64,000 nucleotides of DNA from Heteronotia binoei (Eukaryota). The notes under the pieces were generated by a model. The model saw nothing but the letters and a program-made list of their open reading frames with translations, searched no databases and was not told the origin of the DNA. The translations under genes and the position numbers were made by a program. This document shows, in pieces, positions 12,746-24,615 of this stretch (its first letter is position 1; the number at the start of each line of letters is the position of its first letter). The stretch covers positions 95,852,001 through 95,916,000 of the forward strand of contig NC_083230.1 of assembly GCF_032191835.1 (NCBI RefSeq), written 5' to 3'.

Positions 12746-14584
12746 TCAGCTAAAGCTACCAGGGCCTCCTCTGTCCCACAGCCCAACCTGAAGCCAGACC
12801 AAAAGGGTTCTGAGAATTGAATTATTGAAGGAGAGCTGGAAAAGAAAGGAAAGGAAGGGAACAACTGTGCTACCTTCGGGGTTTACTTTAGTAATGGAAA
12901 GGCAGGATATATGTTTGTCTAAAATAAATAAAATGTTCCCATTTATCCCAGGAGTCCTCAAGAGACTAGCAAGACTCACTACACATTTGCTTCTTTACTC
13001 CTTGTAATAAACCACAGAGAAGGGGTCCCCATCCTTGCTGAGCCTGTAAATCTTTGGGGATTTTGATTAAATATAGTGGGTGCTGGCACAAAATGGCTGC
13101 TGGCTATACAGGTTGGGTGGCCGCTTTCAAACGGGTACTCCTTGGAAAAGTGATGCTCCCTGGGCTCTTCTGAGGCACCAAGGAAGTGGAGGAAAGCTCA
13201 AGTCCTGGCTCTTTGTTTTGTGGAAAGAGATGTAGCTTGGTTTCAGTTTCCAAAGAAAGGAGAAGGTTTTCTCCCTGTGGGGACCACACAGAGAAGCTTT
13301 GAAGCTCAGGGACATCCAGTTAATGTTGCACATTTTAAAATACTTAACTTATCCCATACCTGATAGAAAAGCAAGATTACAATTTCCAGTTTTGCCATCA
13401 TACTGGTTAGGCAATTAGCATTGATGTATGCACCATGTGCCAACTGGCACAAGAAACCACGTTTCACCCCTAAGCAAAAGCATGGAGGAACAGTTCTGAT
13501 TGGAAGTTGTTGAGGTACAGGAACTGGCAACTTGAGGCTGCAGGTTTGGTTTGGGATTGGGGGAGGGAACAGGAGAGTGTGTATGGAGCAGCTAACTCAG
13601 CTCCCCTCCACACTCACATTAAGGAGGTGATATCCTTCATGTTCTCTTATTTGGTTACACCCGTGAATTCCTCTGTCTATGTGGAGCCTGATCATCTAAA
13701 TTGCTGTTTCAGCAAGACTATAAATCTGGGGCTTTGGGCAGCATTACCGCAGCCTTGGTTGTATGTAAAAAGCAGGAAGTCTAATTGGTTTGCAGCAAGG
13801 ACAACAGATGACAGAGTCATTCAAAACAAACAACACACAGTCACTTCAAGGTAGATGACTTCACAACAATATTGTGCAGATGCCCCCTTATTAGTTGCTG
13901 TTGTGGGGAGGGGGGAAGTGCAGGAGAACTTCAGTGTGGAAACAACTCAGGGTAAAAATGTTCCGTTTAAACTGGCTGAGTGACAGGAGTAGGTATGATG
14001 AACAGGGAACTTTCTTACATAAATCCCACTGAAACAACTACTAATCATATTTATTTGATTGTGTTGTAGAGCATGGATGGAACATATACAACCTGTGCTG
14101 TACCAGCTGCACTGGCTTCTGGTTCAGTACCAAGTCAGATTTCACCTTTCTTTCCTTTCCTTTGAGAACTTTTTCAATAGATAAATGCAAATGATAAGAA
14201 AAGAGGATACAAGGGCAACAGCAAAGTTATTAATGCTTTTTCTCTATGTGTGGGGTCTATATTCTAAAATATTATATCTTTGGCCTATTACCCTTGGCAT
14301 TGGTAGGCAGGGATTTGAATAAACTCCAAAGATTTCAGCTAGGCTCCTTGGAGAAGTGGACAACTTATTGCTTAGATACATATAGAATTCTGCCTGTAAA
14401 GAATAAGATTAATGTTACAATAATGGTATCCTGACCTTCTTCAAGTATACTCAGATAAAAAGTCATATGATATCATATAATGCAGAAATTTTTGAGAGGT
14501 AGGATTCTAAGGGACCTCTTGAACTTTGTAATGCTTCTGACTAAAGGTAGAAGGCCTATTTTGGTCACTTCCAGACTAGACTAG

Positions 14585-14885
14585 GCTACTAGACTAGACT
14601 ACTGTAACTCGCTCTATGCTGATCCAGAAACTGCAGCGGGTGCAGAATGCAGTGGTTTGCCTGCTGACTGCAGCGCCTTTACGGGTGGGCATTCGGCCGG
14701 TGCTCTGCAGTCTGCACTGGCTGCCCATTGAGTACTGGATCCACTTCAAGATTTCAGTTCTAACATTTAAAGCCTTAGGCAGCCTGGGACCAACATACCT
14801 GCGGGACCGTCTCCTTCCATATATGCCCAGGAGGCCGTTACATTCGGCCTCCCAACATCTGTTGGCCATCCCCGGCCCAAGAGAC
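14585..14885 (+). mobile_element. L2 RT C-terminal fragment
   Basis: LQRVQNAVVCLLT..LHWLPIEYWIHFKISVLTFKALGSLGPTYLRDRL. Confidence 0.88.
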
Positions 14886-15045
14886 GCAGCTGGAAAAGAG
14901 GAAGACCCGACATGAGATGGATTAACTCAAACATGGAAGCCATGGCCCTCAGGGTGCAAGACGTGAACTAGGCAGCTAATGATAGGATGCTCTGAAAGCC
15001 ATATAGGGTCGCCATAATTTGGAAGTGACTGAACGGAATTTATTA
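14886..15045 (+). mobile_element. RTE/Bov-B LINE 3' fragment
   Basis: ggaaaagaggaagacccgacatgagatggatt...atagggtcgccataa is the Bov-B-type terminus. Confidence 0.7.
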
Positions 15046-15289
15046 CATACACAGTTGCTGGTATTGCCTTTCCATCTGGTGGTACAGTGTTCCCTCTAAG
15101 CTGAGTTAGTGTGTGCTAGCTCACTGTTTTTAAGCTTCTGGCTCACACATTTTTTACTTAGCTCAGGAAAGATGGCCCCAGAGCAAACTAATTTATGCTG
15201 TAGCTCACAACTTTAATGCCAATAGCTCACAAAGTGGAATTTGTGCTCACAAGACTCCACAGCTTAGAGGGAGCGTTGCTGGTAGATAT

Positions 15290-15600
15290 CCTTCATATGT
15301 GGTGGCACTGTCTTCATGTTGTGAATTATTGCAATAATATATGTGAAAAACTGAGGAGAGGAATAGGGATTAATTTGCATTTGAATTCAGAGATCTTTCT
15401 ACTGAATCATGTATACAGTTTTCCCATGAAATATCAGGAAATTCCCTTAAATCTTATTATCACTGCAAGACTTGTTTTTGCGCAATATTGGAAGCAAAAA
15501 TACACTACCAGATATGCAGGAATGGTTGGAGAAAGTTAAAGAAGAAGCTTACTATTTCACAGAAAGGGAAGTGTTCTTTGACTTTTTATTGCTTATGGGC
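15290..15600 (+). mobile_element. L1-clade ORF2 C-terminal fragment
   Basis: HMWWHC..V..Y...I...L....EIFLL......NLIITARLVFAQYWK pattern. Confidence 0.7.
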
Positions 15601-15639
15601 ATCTGTTATTAATCAAATCAAGTTAAGCTTGTTTCTTAG

Positions 15640-15961
15640 NNNNNNNNNNNNNNNNNNNNNNNNNNNNNNNNNNNNNNNNNNNNNNNNNNNNNNNNNNNNN
15701 NNNNNNNNNNNNNNNNNNNNNNNNNNNNNNNNNNNNNNNNNNNNNNNNNNNNNNNNNNNNNNNNNNNNNNNNNNNNNNNNNNNNNNNNNNNNNNNNNNNN
15801 NNNNNNNNNNNNNNNNNNNNNNNNNNNNNNNNNNNNNNNNNNNNNNNNNNNNNNNNNNNNNNNNNNNNNNNNNNNNNNNNNNNNNNNNNNNNNNNNNNNN
15901 NNNNNNNNNNNNNNNNNNNNNNNNNNNNNNNNNNNNNNNNNNNNNNNNNNNNNNNNNNNNN
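15640..15961. other. Assembly gap (322 N)
   Basis: Run of n characters. Confidence 0.99.
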
Positions 15962-16300
15962 TCAGCTGGTAGATTTTTTTGTTGGAACACAATGGCATTT
16001 TGCCATGTCTGTGACATTCAAACTCTCTATTGCAGCACTTGAGGTTCATTTTATTGAGCAGTGTCCAAGAGTCCCAAACATCATGGACAAAGACCTCATT
16101 GTGTAAGACAATATGCAATACAGTATTCACTCTAAGGATCCTGGCCTACAAAAAGAAAAATAGCCTTTAACACAACACGGAAACAAACTCTTTTGGAAAG
16201 CATAGTTTTGTAAATTTGACTAGGAAGACAATCATTCTGTTTACATTGAACAGATTGAAACAGATTCCAGGTAACACCCTTCAGTGTTAATTGATCCTAC

Positions 16301-17174
16301 TGTGACGGTAAGGTATGGGTCAAACAGAAAACTGAAGACGCACAGAGCCTGAGTCAGGTGACCTGAGGGTGGGGGCCAGAGTGCTCGGAACTCTCAGTGA
16401 GTGAGAGATTGTCAGCTAATGGCTGAGGGAGGCAGTTAGTGCCTGTCAGAGTCTGAGAGAGTTGGTCTTTGAGGGAGCTGAGACAGTGGCTGAGGAGAGA
16501 AGCAAAGCTGACTGCTAGCTCTATAAAAACAGCAAGGGGCTGTGTGTGACTAAAAGGAAGAGTCACCGTGGAGACCTGAATGGTCACAGACACATACATA
16601 TCTCTTAAGAGCTAGAGAGGTGGTTGAGGGAATATATGTGGGTCTAAGAGTCTGAAGGGCTGGGAGTAGAGGCTCCAGTCGACTTGTAAGAGACTTGGCA
16701 CATCATACCCAAGAGGCCAGCTTTTGCTAGTGTTGGAGAGTGTTTATATAGGAACTGTGAACATGAGAGACCTAAGAAAGAAGAAATATATATTAGAAAG
16801 CCTGAAACAACTGAGCAATTTGTTAACTGTGTGAGAAACTTTATAGCCTGTGTATATATCTCCCATATCCCCAGTTTAAGACTTTGTGTTATAATAAATA
16901 TCTGTGGTTTACGTTAAAGTTCTCTGGTGCCCATAATTTGGGAAAACTGTCCAAACTGCTGTGGTCCCCTACGAAGTGAATATATATATCCATCTGAAAA
17001 TAAATACCCCGAAGAGACTAGAAGAGAGAAATCCATCATACCCACCCCTTGAGTTCTATAGTCCTGAGGTGAAAGTTAGAAAAGGAAGGACTGAGGAGGA
17101 GGAAGAGGGGCTGGGGTAGCCATAAACAGCACATAGAAGCGATCCAGTAAGACCGTGAGGCGGGTGCTGTCATA
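16301..17174 (+). mobile_element. Solo LTR (probably Gypsy/Ty3-like)
   Basis: Termini TGTGAC...GTCATA (CA changed to TA), 5-bp TSD cctac at 16296-16300 and 17175-17179. TATA-like ctataaaa at about 16521 and AATAAA at about 16894. Confidence 0.72.
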
Positions 17175-17379
17175 CCTACGTACAGAGTTTTTTTTTTCTT
17201 TCCCTTATTTTATATTGCACATTCCTACTGAGGATAATTTATTCCACATAAATAAATTTATTCCACAGAAAGAAGGTAGCTCCTAAGCATTCTGAGCAGC
17301 TATTGGGAATGAAGCTGGAGGTATGTCAACTTGAGACACTACAGTGTTATGATCAGAGTATCAAACTAGACCTTGGGAG

Positions 17380-17825
17380 TATGGTTGCCAACCTCCAGAT
17401 TGGGCCTGGAGATCCAGGGAGTATGGTTGGGAGTATGGTTGCCAACCTCCAGATTGGGCCTGGAGATCCATAGAATTACAAGTGATCACCAAACAACAAA
17501 GATCAGTTCCCCTGGAGAAAATGGCTGCTTTGGAGGGTGGACTCTATGACACTGTACCCAGGGCTTTTTTTGTAACAGGAACTCCTTTGCATATTAGGCC
17601 ACACACCCCTGGTGTAGCAAATCCTCCAAGAGCTTAGGGGGCTCTTAGTACAGGGCCTACTGTAATCTCCAAAAGGATTGGCTACATCAGGTACGTGTAG
17701 CCTAATATGCAAAGGAGTTTTTGCTACAGAAAAAGCCCTGACTGTACCCCACTGAGGTCAATCCCCTCCCCAAACCACACCATCTCCAGGCTCCACTCCT
17801 GAAGTTCCAAGAATTTGCCAGCTCA
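17380..17825. mobile_element. Non-autonomous DNA element (ggttgccaacc..gagatcagttcccctggagaaaatggc family)
   Basis: Duplicated 5' segment and nested MITE; sibling fragment at about 19200-19385. Confidence 0.6.
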
Positions 17826-18100
17826 GAGAGCCAGTTTGGTGCAGTGGTTAAGTGTGGGGACTCTTATCTGGGAGAACTGGGTTTGATTCCCCATTCCTCC
17901 ACTTGCAGCTGCTGGAATGGCCCTGAGTCAGCCACAGCTCCCGCAAGAGTTGTCCTTGAAAGGGCAGCTTCTCAGAGAGCTCTCTCACATAGTGTCTGTT
18001 GTGGGGGAAGAAGATAAAGGAGATTGTGAGCTGCTTTGAGACTATGATTCAGAGAGAAGGGCTGGGTACAAATCTGCAGTCTTCTTCTTCTACTACTACT
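17826..18100 (+). mobile_element. Squam3-like (Ther1/MIR-derived) SINE; representative of at least 11 copies
   Basis: gagagccagtttggtgtagtggttaag head, ggtttgattcccc B-box, CORE-like cctacctcacagggtgtctgttgtg, (ctt)n tail. Copies at about 1-186(-), 5070-5250(-), 24008-24225(+), 24274-24700(+), 29647-30042(-), 31109-31458(-), 40438-40660(+), 53368-53646(+), 55178-55592(-) and 61845-62120(+). Confidence 0.85.
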
Positions 18101-18834
18101 TGGGAGATCTAGGCTCACGTCTTTTCAGATCTATGAAGCTCACAGGATGACCTTGGGCCAGTAATTTTCTCAGCTTAACCAGATGCATAAAGCCGTTGAG
18201 AGGACAAAACTGACGAGGGGAAAACCATGTACCCTGTAAGCTGCCGTCAGCTTCTTGGAGGAAGGGTAGGGATATAAAAAATGAGTGGCATACAAAAATA
18301 CCCAGAATACATCTGGCCAGATACAGATTAAAGTTCTCCAGTGTTCTCTGCAGCCAGCCTGGGAAGTGGAGAAGTGCTAGCTAATAGAACTTCTCATTGC
18401 TCAGAGAAATTTTTACATGTAATAGATTTAAAAAACCCCGAGCTCTTTTAAAACCCCTTATGATCAGAGGCGCTTGTGGGGTAAAAGTAATGAATAGGTA
18501 TGTCCCTGATGCCTCTCTCAAGTCTGCTTCCAAACCATTACTTGCCTCCAACCAGTGAGCAGTGTGTTTTATGTGTGTGACATGTAAACATGCCCTGAAG
18601 AGGAACAGCAGTGGGAGAGACGCAAGGGCTCTGGAATGGGAAAAGAGCTAGCCATGAAAAACTAAGCCCTCCCCCTCTTCTCTTGCTTCTCCATTCTCCA
18701 TTGCCCCTACACTTCACAAAGGTTTGGATGAAGGTATACATTACATCAAGCATATTTAATTGCTGCAGACAGTAATTCCACTTCATTGAAATGAATATTG
18801 AGGATATTGTTCTAATGTGAATTAGGAAGGGGTA

Positions 18835-19200
18835 TTTATTTATTTAATTCTATTTGTATCCTGCCCTCCCCGCCGAGGCAGGCTCAGGGCGGCTCACATA
18901 TGCTCATGCGTATATACATGAGTATAGACATAAAATAAAAACAATAAATGCAATTTAAAACATAGAAATTAGCATTTCAGGTACTATGATCTTAAGTGAT
19001 GTTGCCTTGCTATTCCAGCTAGGTGTTCTCTGCAAAGCAAATCTTAGTGGTCCAGATGTTCTATGTAGAGCAGATTGCAAGAGGTGGTCCAGATATTTTT
19101 GGAGACTGTAGTAGCCAGCGGTCTAAATTGTGAATGCCTGGTGGAAGAGTGCCGTCTTACAGGCCCTGCGGAACTGTCCAAGCTCTCGCAGGGCCCAGGT
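18835..19200 (-). mobile_element. L2 3' fragment with tail
   Basis: cctgccctccccgccgaggcaggctcagggcggctcac tail, plus RT C-terminus text (agacggcactcttccaccaggcatt on the - strand). Confidence 0.7.
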
Positions 19201-20059
19201 GGTTGCTGGAAATCTCCTGGGATCACAACTGATCTCTAGGCAACAGAGATCAGTTCACCTGGAGAAAATGGCCACTTTAGAAGGTGGACTCTGTGGCATT
19301 ATACCCCATCGAAGTCCCTCCCCAACCCCTCCCTCCTCAGGCTCCACCCCCAAAATCTCCAGGTATTTCCCCACCCTAGGGATGGACCTTGTCCATAAGG
19401 ATCAAGAAACAGCTCAGTACGCATAGTAAAATGAAACTCAGGATATCAAGGCCAGGAAGCATACAATTCCACCTTATTTTCAGTCTGGTGTGCACATGCT
19501 GTGGAACTATTCCAAAATCATTTGATTTACAAGCCCAGTATTTTATACAAAGTTTTACGAAGACTGAACCTCAAAACGTATGATAAATTGATACTTTGGG
19601 GAATAACTAATTATGAACGATAACATTGGACTATTTTATTCTGGCATCTTAGTTATGACTCAGTGAAGTCAGAAAGGGCCCCCCTTCCAGTTCCCTAACA
19701 TAAATTCATTGTTCCTTCCTTCCCATTTAGCCTGGGCCATGAGGGGCTGCCACTAGAATCAGGATATTGGATGTAAATGAATCTTTGGTCTCAGTAGACA
19801 GGGTTGAAGTCATGCGTAAGATCTAACCAATCCAAGGATTGAATGCTTGACAAGAGCAGTGATCCAAATTTAAGGGGGGGGGAGCACACGGGAAAGATGG
19901 CCACCTAGCAGTCATGCTGAGCTATTGCATTTAAAACCCCAAACACAAAGTCATGGAATGCCTTTTGTTAGGACTCAGTAGGCAGCCGTGTTGGTCTGAA
20001 GCAATAGAACAAAACAGTAGACAAGTGCACCTTTAAGACTAACTAAGTTTTATTCAGAA

Positions 20060-20099
20060 TGTAAGCTTTCGTATGCTCTTAAGCAGACTTCATCAGACA
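20060..20099 (-). ncRNA. Minimal hammerhead ribozyme motif, second pseudo-LTR copy
   Basis: Reverse complement of the 22981-23020 motif. Confidence 0.75.
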
Positions 20100-22980
20100 A
20101 ATGGGAATGGAAGCAGCAATTCTTAACATAAGTGGGCAGTGTGGAATCATGGGAATGTTTTTACAAGATTAAAAGAATCACAAATAGGGATCTGTGTTTG
20201 TTAGTGTTAGGACAAAACAGGGCTGAAAAAACACTAGAGGGTGATAAAAAGCAGACTGCTGTCGTAGGGGTGCCATAAATCTAGGTAACATTCTGGCTTT
20301 GTTAGTTTAAATCAAGAGCATGGTTACTCAAGAGATTATAACATCTATATGGTTTGCCATAGGATGGATTGGGAACATTGGCTCTCCAGATTGGGGTAGG
20401 GAACATTGGCTCTCCAGATGTTTTTTGCCTACAACTCCCATCAGCCCCAGCTAGCATGGCCAATGGCTGGGACTGATGGGAGTTGTAGGCAAAAAACATC
20501 TGGAGAGCCAACATTCCCTACCCCTGGTATATGCAATAAGACAAACAGCCAATATCCCCCATTTGAGTATGTCAATACAAAAAACCAAAATATTTTGATA
20601 CACTGTTCTAAAAGAGAAATAATATAAGCTCTTAGAAAAACAGGGTGCATTAAAGTATAGTGGAAGGTGGGTTAGTATATGTAATGAGACAAACAGCCCA
20701 CATCCCTCATTTGAGCATGTCAACACAAAAAAACATTATTCTGATACTGTTCTAAAAGAGAAATACATTGGAACACTGTGGATGCACAGGTATACTCAGT
20801 GAGAGTTGGTTTAGTATATGTAATAAGATAAAAAAAAACAATATCCCTTTTCAGTTCTGGGGAGGTGTTTGTTCCAAGTTTCATGATAATTTGTAATTCA
20901 GCAATTTCTCTTTCCATTCTGTTCTTGAAGTTCCTTTGCAGTAAAACAGCTACTTTGAGGTCACCCATTGAATGCTCAGGAAGGTCAAAGTGTTCTCCAA
21001 CAGGTTTCTCAGTTCTGTAATTGCTGATGTCAGATTTGTGTCTCTTTATCCTTTGGCGTAGGGTTTGTCCTGTTTGCCCTATGTAGAGAACTGAGAGGCA
21101 TTGTTGGCATTTAATGGCATATATAATGTTGGAAGATGAACAAGTGAATGAGCCTGAGATGGTATAGTTAATGCTGTTAGGCCCAGTGACTGTGTTGTCT
21201 GGATTTATGTGGCAGCAAAGTTGGCACTTGGGTTTATTGCAAGCTCTGGTCCCGGTGTTCCTGCTCAGATGCGATGTTGTATTGTTGTGAGTGAGGAGTT
21301 GTTTGAGATTGGGGGGCTGTCTGTGTGCAAGGAAAGGTTTACCCCCCAGTACTTTTGAAAGACAGCTGTCACTGTCCAATAGAGATTGTAAGTTGTTGAT
21401 GATACGTTGAACTGTTTTCAGTTGAGAGTTGTGTGTGACCACTAGTGGTGCTTTGTTATTGTCTCTTCAGGGTTTGTAACAGGTTTTCTCTGGGTATCAT
21501 TCTGACTTTGTTAATCTGTTTCTTGACTTCATCAGATGGGTACTTTAGTTCCAAAAAGGTTTGTTGTAGATCCCTCAGGTGAGAATCTCTGTCAGTAGAA
21601 TTGGAGCAAATGCGGCTGTAGCGTAGAGCCTGGCTGTATACAATGGATCATTTGGGATGGTAGCTGAAGGCACGCAGGGATGTTTGTCGGTCAGTAGGTT
21701 TCCTGTATAAGGTAGTGCCTATGCGTCCCTCATGTATTTTTACAGTGGTGTCCAGAAAATGTATTTCTTGTGTGGACTGGTTCATTGTCAGGTTGATGGT
21801 AGGATGAAAGTCATTGAATGCTTGGTGGAATGCATCCAGGGCTTCTTTACCATGTGTCCAGACCATAACGATGTCATCACTATAATGCAGGTATAAGGTA
21901 GGTATGAGTGGGTGGGAGTCTAGGAAGCGTTGCTCCAAGTCAGCCATAAAGATGTTTGCATATTGTGGGGCCATGCGGGTGCCCATAGCTGTACCATTGA
22001 TCTGTAGGAAAAGTTCATTGCTAAACCTGAAGTCGTTATGGGTGAGAACAAAATGGCACAGTTTTGTGGCAAAGTCAGCTGTGTTTTTATCAGAGATTAT
22101 ATTATTTACAGCTTGTAATCCATCTTGGTGTGGGATGTTGGTATATAAAGATTCCACATTCATGGTAGCTAAGAAGGTTGTTCAAAGGTTGTATTTTTCT
22201 CAGAAAATCTGTAGTGTCACAAACATAACTAGGGGCACTGGTGGCATAGGGTCTTAGAACAGAGTCCATATATTCAGATACCCACTCAATGATAGTGCCT
22301 ATCCCCAACACAATGGGACATCCCGGGTTGCCTGGTTTGTGTATTTTGGGTAGAAGATAAAAATTACCTGGTCGAGGTTCCTATGATGTGTCTGACAGGA
22401 TCTGTTCCGGAATGCTCAGTGGTAATTCTTTTGTAATCTTGTTCAGTTCTTTTTTATATCCTGTGTGGGGTCCGAGTTCAGTGGTTTGTAAAATGAAGTA
22501 TTTGAGAGTTGCCTTTGAGCCTCCTTGATGTAGTCTAATGTGTTCATGATGACAACAGCTCTTCCTTTGTCTGCCTCTTTGACTGTAATATCCATATTGT
22601 TCCTGAGACTGTCTATGGCCTTCCTTTCAGCAAGGTTGAGATTTTGCTGTGTACGGTGTTATTTGTTGATCACATCTTATTTGTCTTATTTTGTCTTATT
22701 GCATATACCAGCCCATCCTATGGCAAACTAAATGGATGCTATAATCTCTTGAGTAACCATGTCCTCTATTTAAACTAACAAAGCCAGAATGTTACCTAGA
22801 TTTATGGCACCCCTACGACAGCAGTCTGCTTTTTATCACCCTCTAATGTTTTTTCAGCCCTGTTTTGTCCTAACACTAACAAACACAGATCCCTATTTGT
22901 GATTCTTTTAATCTTGTGGAATCATGGGAATGTTTTTACACTGCCCACTTATATTAAGAATTGCTGCTTCCATTCCCATT

Positions 22981-23020
22981 TGTCTGATGAAGTCTGCTTA
23001 AGAGCATACGAAAGCTTACA
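22981..23020 (+). ncRNA. Minimal type I hammerhead ribozyme motif in PLE pseudo-LTR
   Basis: UGU-CUGAUGA-AG-ucugcu uaag agcaua-C-GAAA-GC-UU-ACA. Helix I UGU/ACA; palindromic AGCU replaces helix III. Confidence 0.75.
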
Positions 23021-23236
23021 TTCTGAATAAAACTTAGTTGGTCTTAAAGATGCACTTGACTACTGCTTTGTTCTTTTGTTAGGACTAATCAAACAACTGA
23101 GCTAACTTTTGAGTCCTCAAGAATTCTTCAAAAGCAGGATGCCAAAGAAAAGGAAGGGAAGATGTTTCCAGTCTTACAGAGATCTGAAGAACTCAAAAAG
23201 CTTGCAAATTGCTTTGTGTTACTTTGGTTGATCCTA

Positions 23237-23452
23237 GGTGATGGTGGAAAGTGTTGTCAAGTCCCAGAGGACTTACAGGAACCCTATATGGTTTTATAAG
23301 GCAAGAGATGTTCAGAGGTTGTTTGCCATTACCTCCTTCCGCATCACCACCCTAGACTTCCTTGGTGGTCTCCCATCCAAATACAGACCAGGGCCAACCC
23401 TGCTTAGTTTTTGAAATCTCACAAGACTGGGCTAGCTTGGACAATCCAGAGC
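23237..23452 (-). mobile_element. 5S-derived SINE copy
   Basis: Same head and tail as 1588-1806. Confidence 0.75.
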
Positions 23453-24478
23453 AAATGGGGAGACCCATGTTCAAATCCCCACTCTGACACAGAAGGTTGC
23501 TGGATGATCTTGGCCCAGTGACAACCTTGGGTTCAACTTGTTGGAACAGACAATATCTGGTGTACAAAAAAAAAAAAAGAGGAGAGAGAGAGAGAAGACC
23601 CTGGAGGGGGCAGCAAGAAGACAGTTAGATAGTGAGGTCAGCAGACTCAGCACCTTCTCTCCTGTTGTGTGTCATTCCTTGTCTGTCTTCCAGATTGCTA
23701 CTCTCAGGGCAATTTTCCCCTTCTTCTCAGAAGTTCTACACTTAAATCTCTCCCTCTGTCTCACAGCTAGAGATAAAGCTAGAACCCTGTCTCTCCTCTT
23801 TACTATCAAGTATGTTAGTTCCTTAAAAAACTGCTATCTACACTTTAATCAGATTGTGCACACTTGCTGTCTTAATTACTCTGCCAACACAACCTACCCC
23901 ACAGGGTTCTTGTGAAGATAAAAATGGAGGGAACTCGATTTTGGAGATAAACACTTTTCCCCAAGGTATAAATACTTTTCAGCTGCAATCTTATGCAGAC
24001 TAGCTCAGGAGCCAGCATTGTGTAGTGGTTCTAATCTGGAGAACAGGGTTTGATTCCTCACTTCTCCACATGCAGCCAGCTGGGTGATCTTGGGCCAGTC
24101 ACAATTCTCTCAGGACTCTCTCAGCCCCACCAGGTTCCTGTTGTGGGGAGAGAAAAAGCAAAACGATTGTAAGCCCCTTTGAGACGCCTAAGAAAAGTGG
24201 GGTAGGGAAAAAATCGACTCTTCCACAGAGGTAGGGCTTAACTCAGAGTAAACACAACCGATGGTCACAAACTGGAGAGCCAGTTTGGTGTAGTGGTTAA
24301 ATATACAGACTCTTATCTGGGAGAACTGGGTTTGATTCCCCACTCCTCCACTTGCACCTGCTGGAATGGCCTTCGGTCAGCCAGAGCTATCACAGGAGTT
24401 GATAGGGCAGCTACTGTGAGAGCCCTGTCAGCTCCACCCACCTTACAGGGTATCTGTTGTGGGGGGAGAAGATATAGG

Positions 24479-24615
24479 GCAGGGGTGGTCAACGGCAGCT
24501 CTCCAGATGTTTTTTTGCCTACAACTCCCATCAGCCCCAGTCATTGGCCATGCTGGCTGGGGCTGATGGGAGTTGTAGGCAAAAAAACATCTGGGGAGCT
24601 ACCGTTGGCCACCCC
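24479..24615. mobile_element. Palindromic hAT MITE family 4 nested in a Squam3-like SINE
   Basis: 8-bp TSD gatatagg. Sibling at about 20392-20526 inside the PLE terminus. Confidence 0.85.

Larger units (their letters stand above)
19976..23072 (-). mobile_element. Penelope-like element (Neptune-type), decayed, with inverted pseudo-LTRs
   Basis: RT fragments ([48 protein letters not shown], a degenerate Y-DD site), Cys-rich linker CNKPKCQLC and GIY-YIG (IIYAIKC...LYIGQTG...R...H). About 380-bp inverted termini; TSD cttttgttaggact at 19962-19975 and 23073-23086. Confidence 0.93.

Noticed and set aside
15488-16130. Three long ORFs in the track
   Set aside because: Artefacts of the N gap translated as X.
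23180-23215. ctgaagaactcaaaaagcttgca (similar text at about 6075-6100) as another hammerhead
   Set aside because: No helix II, damaged GAAA and no helix I pairing. It may be a remote relative, but this is not supportable.
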